A stretch of 27,579 nt of DNA from Candidatus Bathyarchaeota archaeon (GCA_963777155.1 CAVZPM010000006.1:1-27579), one strand, 5' to 3'. Counted from the first letter of the stretch, positions 17,118 to 27,286 are shown. Made by a program: numbers and translations. Notes: a model not told the origin generated them from the letters alone.

Positions 17118-18326
17118 TTAAATATGTTGCGTAGTTAGAAGACTCTCGATAATTCTGGCTGCTTCCTTTGAACCATTAATAGGTATTGTTGCATAATCGA
17201 CGGCTTTTGTTATGTTTGAGATTATTGCTTCGGATAGTATTTCTGCGTTGGTTGCAGAACACGTCATTTTTATGCCTGCTCGATGGCGTTTGCATCTATT
17301 CGCAACTTCCACTTCCTGCTCAAAATGATCTTCTAGGGGAAAATACAAAAACGGTTTTTGAAGAGCAGTTAACTCAAGTGTTATTGTACCGCCACCCGAG
17401 ACTACGCAAAGGTCTGCAGCTCCCATATGTCTGTAGAGGTTAGGTAAATATCCAAGCACCTTCACACCTTCAGGAGCTTGAATCGAGTCAGGTTGAACCC
17501 GAGGTCCACAGACCAAGACCATATCAAGATCAGGAATTTGCTTCCTAACAAGGGGATAGGCATCAACACACAACTTGAGAAGGTCTTTTCCAGCTGCGGT
17601 CCCGCCAATAGAACAAATAACCAAAGGGTTGCTTCCATAACCCAGAAGTTCACGGGCTTTCATTTTATCTCGATAATCTTTAATATCCTCAGGAAGAACG
17701 TAGCCGACAAAGTTCAACGCCTTCTCAGCGAGTTTTCGTTTGTTCGGCTGCATAAAGCCAAACTTTTTATCAGGAATATCTGCCATTTCTCCGATGAAAA
17801 TGCTCTGGTCTGCAAGAGGAGGGTTACTTCTCAAAAACTTAAGCCAAAGCCTATTTGTCATATAAACCACAAGATGATCGATGGGGTTCAGGGTAGTTGC
17901 TTCAAGACCAAAAAAATCATAGATAACTACAAAAGGGCACTTCTTGAGACTGTTATCCGCATTCATCGCAATCATAATGTCATAAGCCTCATCCCCTATC
18001 CATAGATCAAAATTGTAGCGTGCAGAGACTCCAGCGTACACCTCTGCGTTTTTTGCCCAACCTTTCCGAACGTTCATGACCCATCGAACCAAGTTTGCTT
18101 TGTATTGGCTCGCAGATCGCTCTAGCTCAGAATTGGATGAATACAGCAAATGGGCTTCTGGCAAGAGTTTTTCTCCTGCCTCCTCAAGGACTTCGGAAGC
18201 TGGAGATTCAGCCATCCAAGAAATTTCAATTTCTGGAAAACGTTGCCTTAGTGCTTTAGCAATCTCTAAATCGCGCCCAACATGTCCTAAGCCAAGTGAG
18301 CCGCTGACAAATAGAATTTTCTTCAA
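17118..18326 (-). CDS. GT-B glycosyltransferase, family 28 (MurG-like)
   Basis: GSLGLGHVGR, SIGGTAAG, ADLCVVSGGGTITLE and HFEQ. Confidence 0.85.
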   Translation of the reverse strand: MKKILFVSGSLGLGHVGRDLEIAKALRQRFPEIEISWMAESPASEVLEEAGEKLLPEAHLLYSSNSELERSASQYKANLVRWVMNVRKGWAKNAEVYAGVSARYNFDLWIGDEAYDIMIAMNADNSLKKCPFVVIYDFFGLEATTLNPIDHLVVYMTNRLWLKFLRSNPPLADQSIFIGEMADIPDKKFGFMQPNKRKLAEKALNFVGYVLPEDIKDYRDKMKARELLGYGSNPLVICSIGGTAAGKDLLKLCVDAYPLVRKQIPDLDMVLVCGPRVQPDSIQAPEGVKVLGYLPNLYRHMGAADLCVVSGGGTITLELTALQKPFLYFPLEDHFEQEVEVANRCKRHRAGIKMTCSATNAEILSEAIISNITKAVDYATIPINGSKEAARIIESLLTTQHI

Positions 18327-18816
18327 TCAAGATTCCTCAAGATTGATTCTTTACTCACTCTGTAGAATGTCTTTCTACGTTGCTCGTATTTAACAGCTAC
18401 CTTCCGCGATTCTCCGCTTCTAGACTGAGTCTCGTTGAATCTGAGGTTCTCAGATAGTGTACATCCTTCTATCTTTCACTTTGATGTTTATCCAACATTA
18501 AGTGATGAAACTTTGATTTCCAAATTACACTTGGCAGGTTGCTGGCTGATTTCAAAATGTATGTTTGCTTGCCTGGTTACCACAGGGTTTCTTAGCTGCC
18601 CTTTCTAGCCCATACAAGCCACATTTTTTTATCTTTGTTTCCATTCTTTTTTTGATTTGTTTTTGGTTTGGTTAGTTTGCTTTTCGTTTTTCGGTTTGTT
18701 TTTTGTTTTGCTTTTTATTTTGATTGTCTCCTTAACTATAAGACTGCGTTGGCTCCTTATTCGGTTTGCCTTAGCATTCCCGATTTGTCATCCGGATCTA
18801 AAGATAACTTGCTATT

Positions 18817-19560
18817 TTAGTGACAAAGGCTGTGCTGGCAGTTCTCAAGCCTGCATTTTGCGCATTTAGCCTGTCTTTGATGATGCTGAGGCTGGGTTTG
18901 ACCGGCTGCTATCTGTGCAAACCTTTGAAGGTTACCTTTCATGTATTGCTCTAAATCGTTTGTCTGTAGACCTTTGAAGGTCTTGATTGTTTCTCCGGTT
19001 TTTCTGTCTTTGACGTTTATGATCCAGGCTTTTTGTTGGTGAGGTATCTCAAACCAGGTTTTTGAATCAAAGGAATTTTCGTTGGCAAAAAGTGAGTTGA
19101 GGTAGAGCAGAGTTTGCAGTTTGTGGTCAGGGTAGGGTTCGAATGTTTGAAGGTATTTGGTTGGGTTGAAGGGAAATTTGGATTCTTCCACGATTAGTGT
19201 GCCCTGGCTTCTGTAGACTTTGTCTGCTCGCCCGAAAATCAACATGTTTGCGTTAGGGTACTGTGGAAGACTCAAGGGCACTATTAGCCGTGTGTTGATT
19301 GACTCATAGGCGAATTCTACGTCTTTTTTTAGGTCCGCTAACTGTTCGTTAGTTACTGGAACCATTTCAAAATGTTCTTTTTCAAATTGTTCCTGTCTTT
19401 GGTGAGCTTTGGCGCCTTCGATGGTTGCCTCGGTTGGGGGCGGCTTAATTCCTTTTAGAGCAAACGGTATTTTGAATTCACAGTACCCCATGGAGCTGCA
19501 AAAATCTGAGACAGTTGCGACTATGCTTAGTTCGCCGTGGGATACTTTGACCTCTATCAT
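18817..19560 (-). CDS. Stand-alone Cas4-like / RecB-family Fe-S exonuclease
   Basis: N-terminal YC, G...H, GRAD, EESK, QTLLY and C-terminal CAKCRLENC. Confidence 0.72.
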   Translation of the reverse strand: MIEVKVSHGELSIVATVSDFCSSMGYCEFKIPFALKGIKPPPTEATIEGAKAHQRQEQFEKEHFEMVPVTNEQLADLKKDVEFAYESINTRLIVPLSLPQYPNANMLIFGRADKVYRSQGTLIVEESKFPFNPTKYLQTFEPYPDHKLQTLLYLNSLFANENSFDSKTWFEIPHQQKAWIINVKDRKTGETIKTFKGLQTNDLEQYMKGNLQRFAQIAAGQTQPQHHQRQAKCAKCRLENCQHSLCH

Positions 19561-19666
19561 ACGCTGATTCTTGCAATCAAGCGCATAAAAGCTTTAGCCG
19601 GTAATCCAGATGCCTGCAAGAAATTCAAAAGTCAGGATTAGCTAACGAGGAAAAAAGTTCGCTTCA

Positions 19667-20899
19667 TTATATTATGAACGGTAGTAGAGTGACTAGCAAG
19701 ACAAGTATTACGCAGGCTATGGTTGCTCCAATAGTTATTGAACGGATAGCTTTTTCACTCATCTTTTTGCCCACAGCTCTTTTCAAAGTGATATCGAAGA
19801 TTCTGCCTCCGTCTAGGGGATATATTGGTAGAGCATTGAAGATGGCGAGGTTGAAGTTTACAAACCAGATCCAAAAGAAACCGTTTGCTAGTATTTGCCA
19901 TTGAGGTATCGGATTTGAATAGAAAGGCGCTAGGGAATCAGAGTACGGTATTAATTCGGAGGCAAGGGTTGGGGGAACCAAGTACAGGGCGAGACGATCT
20001 AATGAGAATGTTCGGTAGTTTTCCAGTCTTTGTTCCGTGAATAGGTCATAGCTGGTTACTCCCATGATGGTTCGGTTTCCGGATGTGGTTAGGTTGACTG
20101 TTGTGGAAAATCTGTTCTGCCAATGATCGCCCCTTGCCACCGTTACCTGAATTGTGTCTCCAGCTGTCTTATTATCTAATATCGCCCTTAACTCGGTGGT
20201 ATTGCTGATTGTGGTATTATCGATTGAAACAAAGACATCTTTTGGCAGCAGCCCTGCAGTTTGAGCTGGCAACCCATTTGAGACATCGTTGATGTATACG
20301 CCGTCGATGATTGGGGTTAAGCTGCCAACAACCAATAGGACACCTAAGAGGCATACGGCTGCTACGATGATGTTTGCGCCAACTCCTCCGGCCATAACTT
20401 TTAGGGCGGGGCGGGGTTTTGCTTTCTTTATTTGCTCTTCGTCCACGTCTACAAAAGCGCCAATGGGAATAAACAGGAAAAACAGTAAACCACTCGACTT
20501 AACATTGAACCCAACGTTTCGAGCTATGACTCCATGTGCTCCTTCATGAACCACTATGGCAAATACTATTGCAATCCACCCATAGACGATTGGAAGCAAG
20601 GGGTTGATTCCAGGTAACAGCAGTATTGATCCTGGTCCTAATTCCCGAACTATTTGTCCGACCCCTGGATTGGATAGCACACCGATGAGGCTGTTGATTA
20701 AGAGGTAGAGGGCAATTCCAGCAACAAATGGCACAAGGACAAGGCTTATCCACGAAAAATATCTGGAGCTACGCAATGTACCTAATCTGTCAAAGACGGT
20801 TGAGAACCGTTTTGTTCTAACAATTAGCATTGGAAAATTAAATTCTACTCTTCGCTGCTTAGCTTCGGGCTTTTCGCTTTCTACGTTATCGGTTGCCAA
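19667..20899 (-). CDS. Site-2 protease (M50) with PDZ domain
   Basis: HEGAHG, GAFV, PDZ-like PAQTAGL..KD and NALPIYPLDGG. Confidence 0.93.
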   Translation of the reverse strand: MATDNVESEKPEAKQRRVEFNFPMLIVRTKRFSTVFDRLGTLRSSRYFSWISLVLVPFVAGIALYLLINSLIGVLSNPGVGQIVRELGPGSILLLPGINPLLPIVYGWIAIVFAIVVHEGAHGVIARNVGFNVKSSGLLFFLFIPIGAFVDVDEEQIKKAKPRPALKVMAGGVGANIIVAAVCLLGVLLVVGSLTPIIDGVYINDVSNGLPAQTAGLLPKDVFVSIDNTTISNTTELRAILDNKTAGDTIQVTVARGDHWQNRFSTTVNLTTSGNRTIMGVTSYDLFTEQRLENYRTFSLDRLALYLVPPTLASELIPYSDSLAPFYSNPIPQWQILANGFFWIWFVNFNLAIFNALPIYPLDGGRIFDITLKRAVGKKMSEKAIRSITIGATIACVILVLLVTLLPFII

Positions 20900-21058
20900 A
20901 TTCGCAATCGCTCGACTTGAAAAACCTGTTTTCTAAAAAATAAACCTTTAGCGTGAGGAATAAGAAATCATGGGAAGACACTAGATAGGGCGAATCATAG
21001 TTCTTTCCAAGTGGATTTTCTATAGGTACTCTGGTCTTTTGATAGCGCAAAACAACTG

Positions 21059-21619
21059 CTATTTGCTTTCTCCACTAGGTTTAGGTAGGGCATTGATCCA
21101 TTCGGTGAGTTCCTTGAACATTTTGCCAAAATCTACATCTTCACTGATTAGCAATTGTGAATATCGAGAAAGCGTGTTATCGTCGAGTTCTTGAGTCAGC
21201 TTTGGCAGATTGAAGTCATATTTTTCGATAATTTTTGGTCCTACCTCAAATGTGGGATCAGAAAGCATCGCTTTTAGTTCTTGCCTTTTTTGTTTCATTT
21301 GGGCGTAAATTTCTTTTCTTAGATCAGAAATCATCGCTTTCATTTTCGCGTCAATTTCTGGAAGTCCCTGTTTAATTTCCTTGTCAACTTTATCTGAGGC
21401 TTCTTTTCCACCCATTGCTTCCGCCATCCCTGAAGCCATGGCGCCCATTGTGGATCCAACTACCTGAGTAAATGCACCCATCATTGTGCTCATTAGGATA
21501 ACACTTGTATTAGCCATCGCGTTTAGGATTTTATCTTCGAGAACTCTCTCCTTTTGTGGCGCGAGCTCCACATTTTTTGAGGGTTGCTTTTTTGTGATAG
21601 ATGACTTCTTTTTAACCAT
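21059..21619 (-). CDS. Hypothetical helical protein with a Met/Gly/Ala-rich segment
   Basis: 186-aa clean ORF co-oriented with its neighbours; no family recognised. Confidence 0.7.
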   Translation of the reverse strand: MVKKKSSITKKQPSKNVELAPQKERVLEDKILNAMANTSVILMSTMMGAFTQVVGSTMGAMASGMAEAMGGKEASDKVDKEIKQGLPEIDAKMKAMISDLRKEIYAQMKQKRQELKAMLSDPTFEVGPKIIEKYDFNLPKLTQELDDNTLSRYSQLLISEDVDFGKMFKELTEWINALPKPSGESK

Positions 21620-21675
21620 TCAATCGCCATCACATTGGTATATGCTTGGTTAACTAAATAACAGTTGGCAGGAAA

Positions 21676-22522
21676 TCAATTATACCAAACTCCGGTTGAA
21701 GCCAACCTTGTTTTCTCCACTGTTTGCCTTAGAACATCTTGCTGTAGCCCAGTTTTTTTAGCGAGTTCATTTAGGTTTTCACTAAGCAGTTGACTGATGA
21801 GTACTATTCCAGATTCAACCAGCTTCAGCCTGAACTCGTCGCGTAAGCCTCTAAGGCAACTCAAAGGATACAGTTTCTTTTCTTCGATCATGCTTTGTAA
21901 CCCAAGTTTGTCTGGTGAGCTCCAACCGATCTGAAGTATATTTCTGCAACTGCCATATTGTATGGCATGGTCTGAATATTTTGTGTTAGTAACTATCATT
22001 GCGCGGTCAATCTTCCCGCCAGTTCTATCAAGCAGTGTTGCCCTCAGTTACATCTTCCAGTATAGCCCGCGCTATTCGACTCTCATCCAAACCAGTTAGG
22101 GCATGATAGCTAAAATGGTGTTTTGCCTCCACAAAAAAAGTGACCCCATCCTTTTTTGCGATCGCATCAACTTCATGTTCCACACATTTTCCCCTCAAAA
22201 TCTGGCTAGACCATACTTCAAACCCATTATACATCAACAAAGTCTGAACGAATAGCTCAAATTCAGGCTTGGGACTCATCAAGCTTATGCCTTTTCTCAA
22301 ATCAAAAAGATTCCTAACCTCAGGCTTGTATTTTCGCAAAAATCTAATGATCATCCGATGAATCATCTGGGTTGATATGCCATCGTAGAGTCTGCTTTCA
22401 ACTTTTTCGACAATTTCATAAGCAACTTGGCGGCTTGCACCCATCTTCATGCAAGTCCTAGCAGCCTTCTCTTTATCGAATAATTGTCGTGAACCATCTG
22501 CCTTAGTTACAAAAACCCCCAA
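21676..22522 (-). CDS. ATP-cone domain plus Mrr-like restriction-endonuclease domain protein, frameshift near 22035
   Basis: VTKADGSRQLFDKEK (ATP cone), FE.FV..LL...GF and HEVD...VEAKHH; continues in the next frame as IDRAMIVTNTKYS.HAIQYG.C...IGW..P. Confidence 0.8.
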
Positions 22523-23003
22523 GACAATCTCCCTCTAATGATCAACTAGAATATGTCAGGAAACCTTTTAAGAAGTTGCTCTGATCAAAATTTTTTCTTC
22601 TTAATTACATTTGGATTATCAGGTGAAAGTGAAGTCGTAGTGCATGGTGTATTCGAAAACTCCTGAGTATGAGTGGACGGTGTTTGAAAGACTAGGTTTG
22701 CTGTTCTAGTTGAAGAGGCAACATCAGATGCATAGGGGACGTCGGTTGGGAGAGCGGGCGAGGTTTCTGAGAGGGTGTATCCTTGTGTGTGGCTCATAAC
22801 TGTACTTAACTTTTTTAGCATAAATAGGATAGGTCTGATTTACCTATCATTATGTGCATGAATATGGCTGCAAAAGTGAATCATGTATAATAACTACCTT
22901 GTTCTTCTTAGTTGATTGCGCGGATCGCATTATTGTTTTCTTTACCTTGATCGGGATTTTATGATTTAGTGACGTCTGGGCATGAAAAGAGGAGTTTGAG
23001 AAA

Positions 23004-23981
23004 ATGAGTTTAACCCAAGGAAGTACAACTAAAGAAGTCCCAAAGACGCATCAGCGCTCAGTTGAAGACTGCCCTGAATGTGCAAGTAAAAATCTGATTC
23101 ATGATTACGACAGCGGTGAAACCATCTGTGGCGATTGTGGTCTTGTTTTATATGAGCAGATGTTGGATAAGGGACCGGAATGGCGAGCTTTCACTCTGCA
23201 AGAGAAAGCCTCAAGAAGCAGAGTCGGCATGCCAACATCATATTCAATTCACGATAAAGGATTATCTACAACTATTAGTCAAGTTGATAGAGACGCATAC
23301 GGAAGAAAACTACCCATATCTACGCGACTGCAGATGTGGCGTCTACGCAAGTGGCAAATCCGCTCACGTGTCCATTCATCTATCGACCGAAATCTCTCTC
23401 AAGCCATGAGCGAACTTGAACGTTTATCAGGCAAACTCTACATCTCGCCGTCGCTTAAAGAAAAAGCAGCGCTTATTTACCGTAAAGCACTCGAAAAAGG
23501 GTTAGTCCGTGGAAGGTCAATAAACTCTATCGCTTCGGCTGCACTTTATGCTGCTTGCCGCCAAAGTGGGACACCCCGAACCCTCCGCGATATCGCTGAT
23601 GCAAGTCTTGTTGATAGGAAAGATGTTGCAAGATGCTATAGGCTGCTGCTACAAGAGCTCCATTTTGCTATGCCCATTGCTGATTCGTTGACGTATGTTT
23701 CAAAGATTGCCGAGAAAAACAGAATTTCAGGTAAGACACAGGGAGCTGCAATCGCGATACTTGCTGACGCTAGACGAAGAAGGTTTGCAGCGGGAAAGGA
23801 TCCTATGGGTCTGGCTGCAGCTGCATTATACATTGCTTGTTTGCAACACGGCGAGAAGATCACACAAAAAGATATTGCGGATGCGTCGGGAGTCACTGAG
23901 GTTACGGTTAGAAACAGGTACAAGGCACTAAAGAGACAGTTGGACCTCAAAATACCGGACAAAATGCGCACTCACGGATAG
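23004..23981 (+). CDS. tfb: Transcription initiation factor IIB (TFB)
   Basis: CPEC...CGDCG zinc ribbon, DKGPEWRAF B-reader, two cyclin repeats, GKDPMGLAAAALY and GVTEVTVRNRYK. Confidence 0.97.
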   Translation: MSLTQGSTTKEVPKTHQRSVEDCPECASKNLIHDYDSGETICGDCGLVLYEQMLDKGPEWRAFTLQEKASRSRVGMPTSYSIHDKGLSTTISQVDRDAYGRKLPISTRLQMWRLRKWQIRSRVHSSIDRNLSQAMSELERLSGKLYISPSLKEKAALIYRKALEKGLVRGRSINSIASAALYAACRQSGTPRTLRDIADASLVDRKDVARCYRLLLQELHFAMPIADSLTYVSKIAEKNRISGKTQGAAIAILADARRRRFAAGKDPMGLAAAALYIACLQHGEKITQKDIADASGVTEVTVRNRYKALKRQLDLKIPDKMRTHG

Positions 23982-24022
23982 GACCAGCATTAACGCATTT
24001 ATTCTCGAAATATGTATGCGAA

Positions 24023-24670
24023 TTATTTCTGGGCAAGAATGACATTCCAGTCGGATTTTCTCTTTCTATAAATCTTCACTTTGCTAAAACCTGCAAAATA
24101 GAGCGTTTTTTGCATTTCCTCTAACTCTACAAGTTGAACTTGGGTCTTAGCAATTATTTCCGCGTTCTCCACTTCGTATAACCCGTCCTTAATCATTTCG
24201 CTTATGACAAGAAACCCCCCTCCTTTCTTTAGGACACGTTTTATCTCTACAAAAGCTTCCGTAAGATCAGGCCAAAAATAGTAAGTCTCCACCGCAGTCA
24301 CCAAATCAAAGAAATCGTCTCTGAAACCACTTCTCTCAACTGAACCATGTACGATTTCCACTCGATTAGATGCGATGAGTTTTTTGTTGACTTGCTTTGA
24401 ATATTCAACCATATCTGCCGAGCAGTCAATACCATAGACTTTGCCTTGAAATGCACGCCTTGCTAAACGGCTAATGGTTTTGCCTCCTCCACAACCTACA
24501 TCCAAAATTATGGAATCAGGATTGAGCCTCACATGTTTTAGACCCCAGGTTGTTAAGTCCCAGTGTCCCTTGTTCATTTTTGCCGCAACCTTTCTGCCAG
24601 AAACACCAGTAGGGCATCTAAATTGGCTCCAATTGTCTTCTGACGATGTGTTTTTCTCTTGAGATTGCAT
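24023..24670 (-). CDS. Class I SAM-dependent methyltransferase
   Basis: ILDVGCGGG, YGID.S, FDLVTAVETYYFWPD and RVLKKGG. Confidence 0.92.
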   Translation of the reverse strand: MQSQEKNTSSEDNWSQFRCPTGVSGRKVAAKMNKGHWDLTTWGLKHVRLNPDSIILDVGCGGGKTISRLARRAFQGKVYGIDCSADMVEYSKQVNKKLIASNRVEIVHGSVERSGFRDDFFDLVTAVETYYFWPDLTEAFVEIKRVLKKGGGFLVISEMIKDGLYEVENAEIIAKTQVQLVELEEMQKTLYFAGFSKVKIYRKRKSDWNVILAQK

Positions 24671-24770
24671 CTTGCAAGATCAGGAAGACAACGTAATAAA
24701 CCATGCGTGCTGGTAGCAAAAAAAGATAATTGCTACTGCTGAGTCTGGGTACGAGTATTTTCAGCTGCGA

Positions 24771-25767
24771 TTATTTTTTTCCGTTCGAGTTGGTTGACTT
24801 GCGTTTTCTTTTACGTTTGATTGAAGAAAGAACGTTGGCTATTTGGTTTAGTTGGTCAGTGTTAAGGGTGGATCTCTGAGGTTTTGGACTTTATGTCTGC
24901 TTTTTTTAGCATTTCATGGAATGGCTCTCTTTGAAGGGTGTACGCTTTTTCTGATTTAAAAGCTGTGTGGTAATCTCCCTCATCAGTTTCTATACGTGCT
25001 TTATCGATTATTCGAGCTAATTCAATTACTATTTTGCCACGTTTACTTAGGTCAGCTACGTAGGCGTTGTCACCGAGCTTAAGCTGCAAAAAGGTAGTGT
25101 AGCCAATGTCTCCTAGTACTGAATAATTTGTTGACCAGTTAGTTTCCTTCTTTATCTTGCGCTCAAATTTTGGAGATATCCACTTTGGAACTCCAATATA
25201 CCAAGTGTTGATGTAGGCGTTTGTCCACTCTTTGATTTCGGTGTGAGGCTTAACTTTTTTAATACTGCTATTTTTCGCTGTCTTCTGCGATATGTTCCAC
25301 ATATGCTTGTATTTCTTTAAGTCACCTATTGATTTTGCAGAATTCCATAAACTTTCATTAAAGAAGCTCTTTGCTTCCTCTGCCTCCGTCCCCTCTAGTA
25401 GCACTCCAGCTTCAATATTGGTTTCAAAAGCTGCTTTTGTCAAGGCAGCGGAAGTTATCAATGCTGAATTGTCAAAAATGTAGATGTTCGAATTGAAATT
25501 TTCATTGGATCTTATGCTGATCCCCTTGAAGTGTTCTATCAGATACTGTATTTCATGAGGGTTGACTTCACCCTGCTTGACGGTAAAATCGTTTACTTGG
25601 AAGACAAACCGCATGTCAGTTGGAGGGGTTTTCAGGATTTCTTGCGAAAAAACCTGGTGGGCACCCGAACCAAGAGAAGCAGAACAAACAAGCAGGGTTT
25701 CTTTGACTTCCAATGATTTTTGAAGAACAGTTTCATACAACTGTGTGTTGTAAAGGAATCTAGCCAT
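24771..25767 (-). CDS. PLD-like (degenerate HKD) domain protein; C-terminus probably extends to 24771 through a frameshift near 24870
   Basis: NFNSNIYIFD..ALITSAALT..AFETNIEAGV matches the HxK(x4)D...SxNxT...NxE layout with H, K and N replaced; the shifted frame continues LNTDQLNQIANVL...KRKRK to TAA 24771-24773. Confidence 0.7.
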
Positions 25768-25928
25768 ACCGTCAAGTTGTTTTGTATGAATAAAAGTTTA
25801 ACTCAAACAATCTACTTGTCAGTTGAGTTGTCCACCTGTTCCAACCTGTAAGTTGACCTATTACGCAGTTATATTTGTCTACTATGGTCTGCAAAACAAT
25901 TAAGTAAGGAGCAATCTACTTAGCACGT

Positions 25929-27278
25929 ATGGCTCAGGAAGTTCCAAACGATCTAAAGGACTTGATTGTCCAATTTGTTAACACCTACAGTAACATGGTC
26001 GATTTAGAACTCGATCAGAACCTCGACCCTAAGCTTTGGTTTATGCCAATAAACAGCGATGTGGCTAAGAAAGAAGCTGCACACTATTTCTTGCTCGCCG
26101 CATCTCTAAGTGACCAGAAGTTAACTGGAAATCCAAGAAACATTAGGATGCTTCTAAACCACTTACATCAGATATTGGGGCAAAAACTTTTCTCCTCGAA
26201 GAGCATTGACACCTTCAAAAAGGAAATCCCAAGGTTCGAACAAAAAAATCAGCTTCTAGACAGACTTGGCGATAGCAAAGCCGAAATTCCAGAAGTTTTG
26301 TGCTCAGTTAACCAATTCGTAGAGCAGAAAGCTGGCGGAAACCTAATCGAGTACGCGACAAAGCTTAGGCAGAAAGGTAGAAAACCAAGAGACCTCGTAC
26401 AACAGCTTTCATATGCTGTCAAGAGGATGAATAAGCAGAACAAATCCAAAGCTTGGCTGTACCTGCGTTGGATGGTGCGAAAAACACCTGATTTGGGGCT
26501 GTTCCCGTTTGAATCCAAAGACCTCATGGTCCCGTTAACTACTCCTAAATTCAGGGTCTATGCTGCACTGGGACTTAGCAGTGACGAAAACTTGCCCTTT
26601 AAATTGAGTGTCAAAAATAAGCCGGAGAGCTGGTGGATTAACACCCAAGAATTCGATGCTGACGCTGACAAATTAACTACTTTTGCAAGAGAACTTTTTC
26701 CAGATGACCCTGCGAAGGTTGACTTTCCATTCTTTATCTTGGGTGTTTGGCTTGAATACTCAGACCTGACGCCTGCTTCTTTAGAGAAATCGATGAAGTT
26801 TTTCATTCAGAAACATGAAGAATTTCTTCAGCCACTGATGCGGTACTTAACCGTCGTTTACCATTATAATCGAATTGGCGAACGCATTGAGCCAGGGGCT
26901 TTTTCAGATTTGGAGCTTGCTGTATACGATTTTCTGCGAAGCAAACAAGTCATTTTCACCTATGAATTTATGGAGTTTAACCTCTCAAAAGATAACCCAG
27001 CGTTTACATACAAACCAGACTTTCTTTTGCCACAATATACCCACAGAGGGAGGAAAGTTGTGCTGGAACCGCATGGAATCAGAGACAACCTTGAAGATAC
27101 GCTTGGTAAACTTGCCATGTTTAGAGGACATTACGGCAAATACTTCTGTCTCATTCTAATTGTCCCCGATGACTTTGTAGATGTCATTAACTACCTTGAT
27201 CAAGGGCATAACTCCTACGATTTCTTATGGAAACAAAGCGACTACAAAATACAATTTGAAAACTTCAAGAAAACTTGA
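25929..27278 (+). CDS. DUF2400/TIGR02757-like (HhH-GPD-related) domain fused to a C-terminal PD-(D/E)XK-like nuclease
   Basis: LYLRWMVR..PDLGL....DLMVPL...RV..ALGL and FPDDPAKVDFPFF.LG; C-terminal S.LE..VYDFL....F.YE...YKPDF...VLEPHG. Confidence 0.75.
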   Translation: MAQEVPNDLKDLIVQFVNTYSNMVDLELDQNLDPKLWFMPINSDVAKKEAAHYFLLAASLSDQKLTGNPRNIRMLLNHLHQILGQKLFSSKSIDTFKKEIPRFEQKNQLLDRLGDSKAEIPEVLCSVNQFVEQKAGGNLIEYATKLRQKGRKPRDLVQQLSYAVKRMNKQNKSKAWLYLRWMVRKTPDLGLFPFESKDLMVPLTTPKFRVYAALGLSSDENLPFKLSVKNKPESWWINTQEFDADADKLTTFARELFPDDPAKVDFPFFILGVWLEYSDLTPASLEKSMKFFIQKHEEFLQPLMRYLTVVYHYNRIGERIEPGAFSDLELAVYDFLRSKQVIFTYEFMEFNLSKDNPAFTYKPDFLLPQYTHRGRKVVLEPHGIRDNLEDTLGKLAMFRGHYGKYFCLILIVPDDFVDVINYLDQGHNSYDFLWKQSDYKIQFENFKKT

Positions 27279-27286
27279 TGGCTGTT

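Noticed and set aside
18657-18869. 70-aa Phe/Leu-rich membrane-like ORF
   Set aside because: It is a by-product of the T-rich tract and overlaps the Cas4-like gene end on the opposite strand.
22585-22821. 78-aa Ser/Thr/Pro-rich ORF divergent from tfb
   Set aside because: Low complexity with no recognisable motif. It could be real, but the sequence alone cannot support it.
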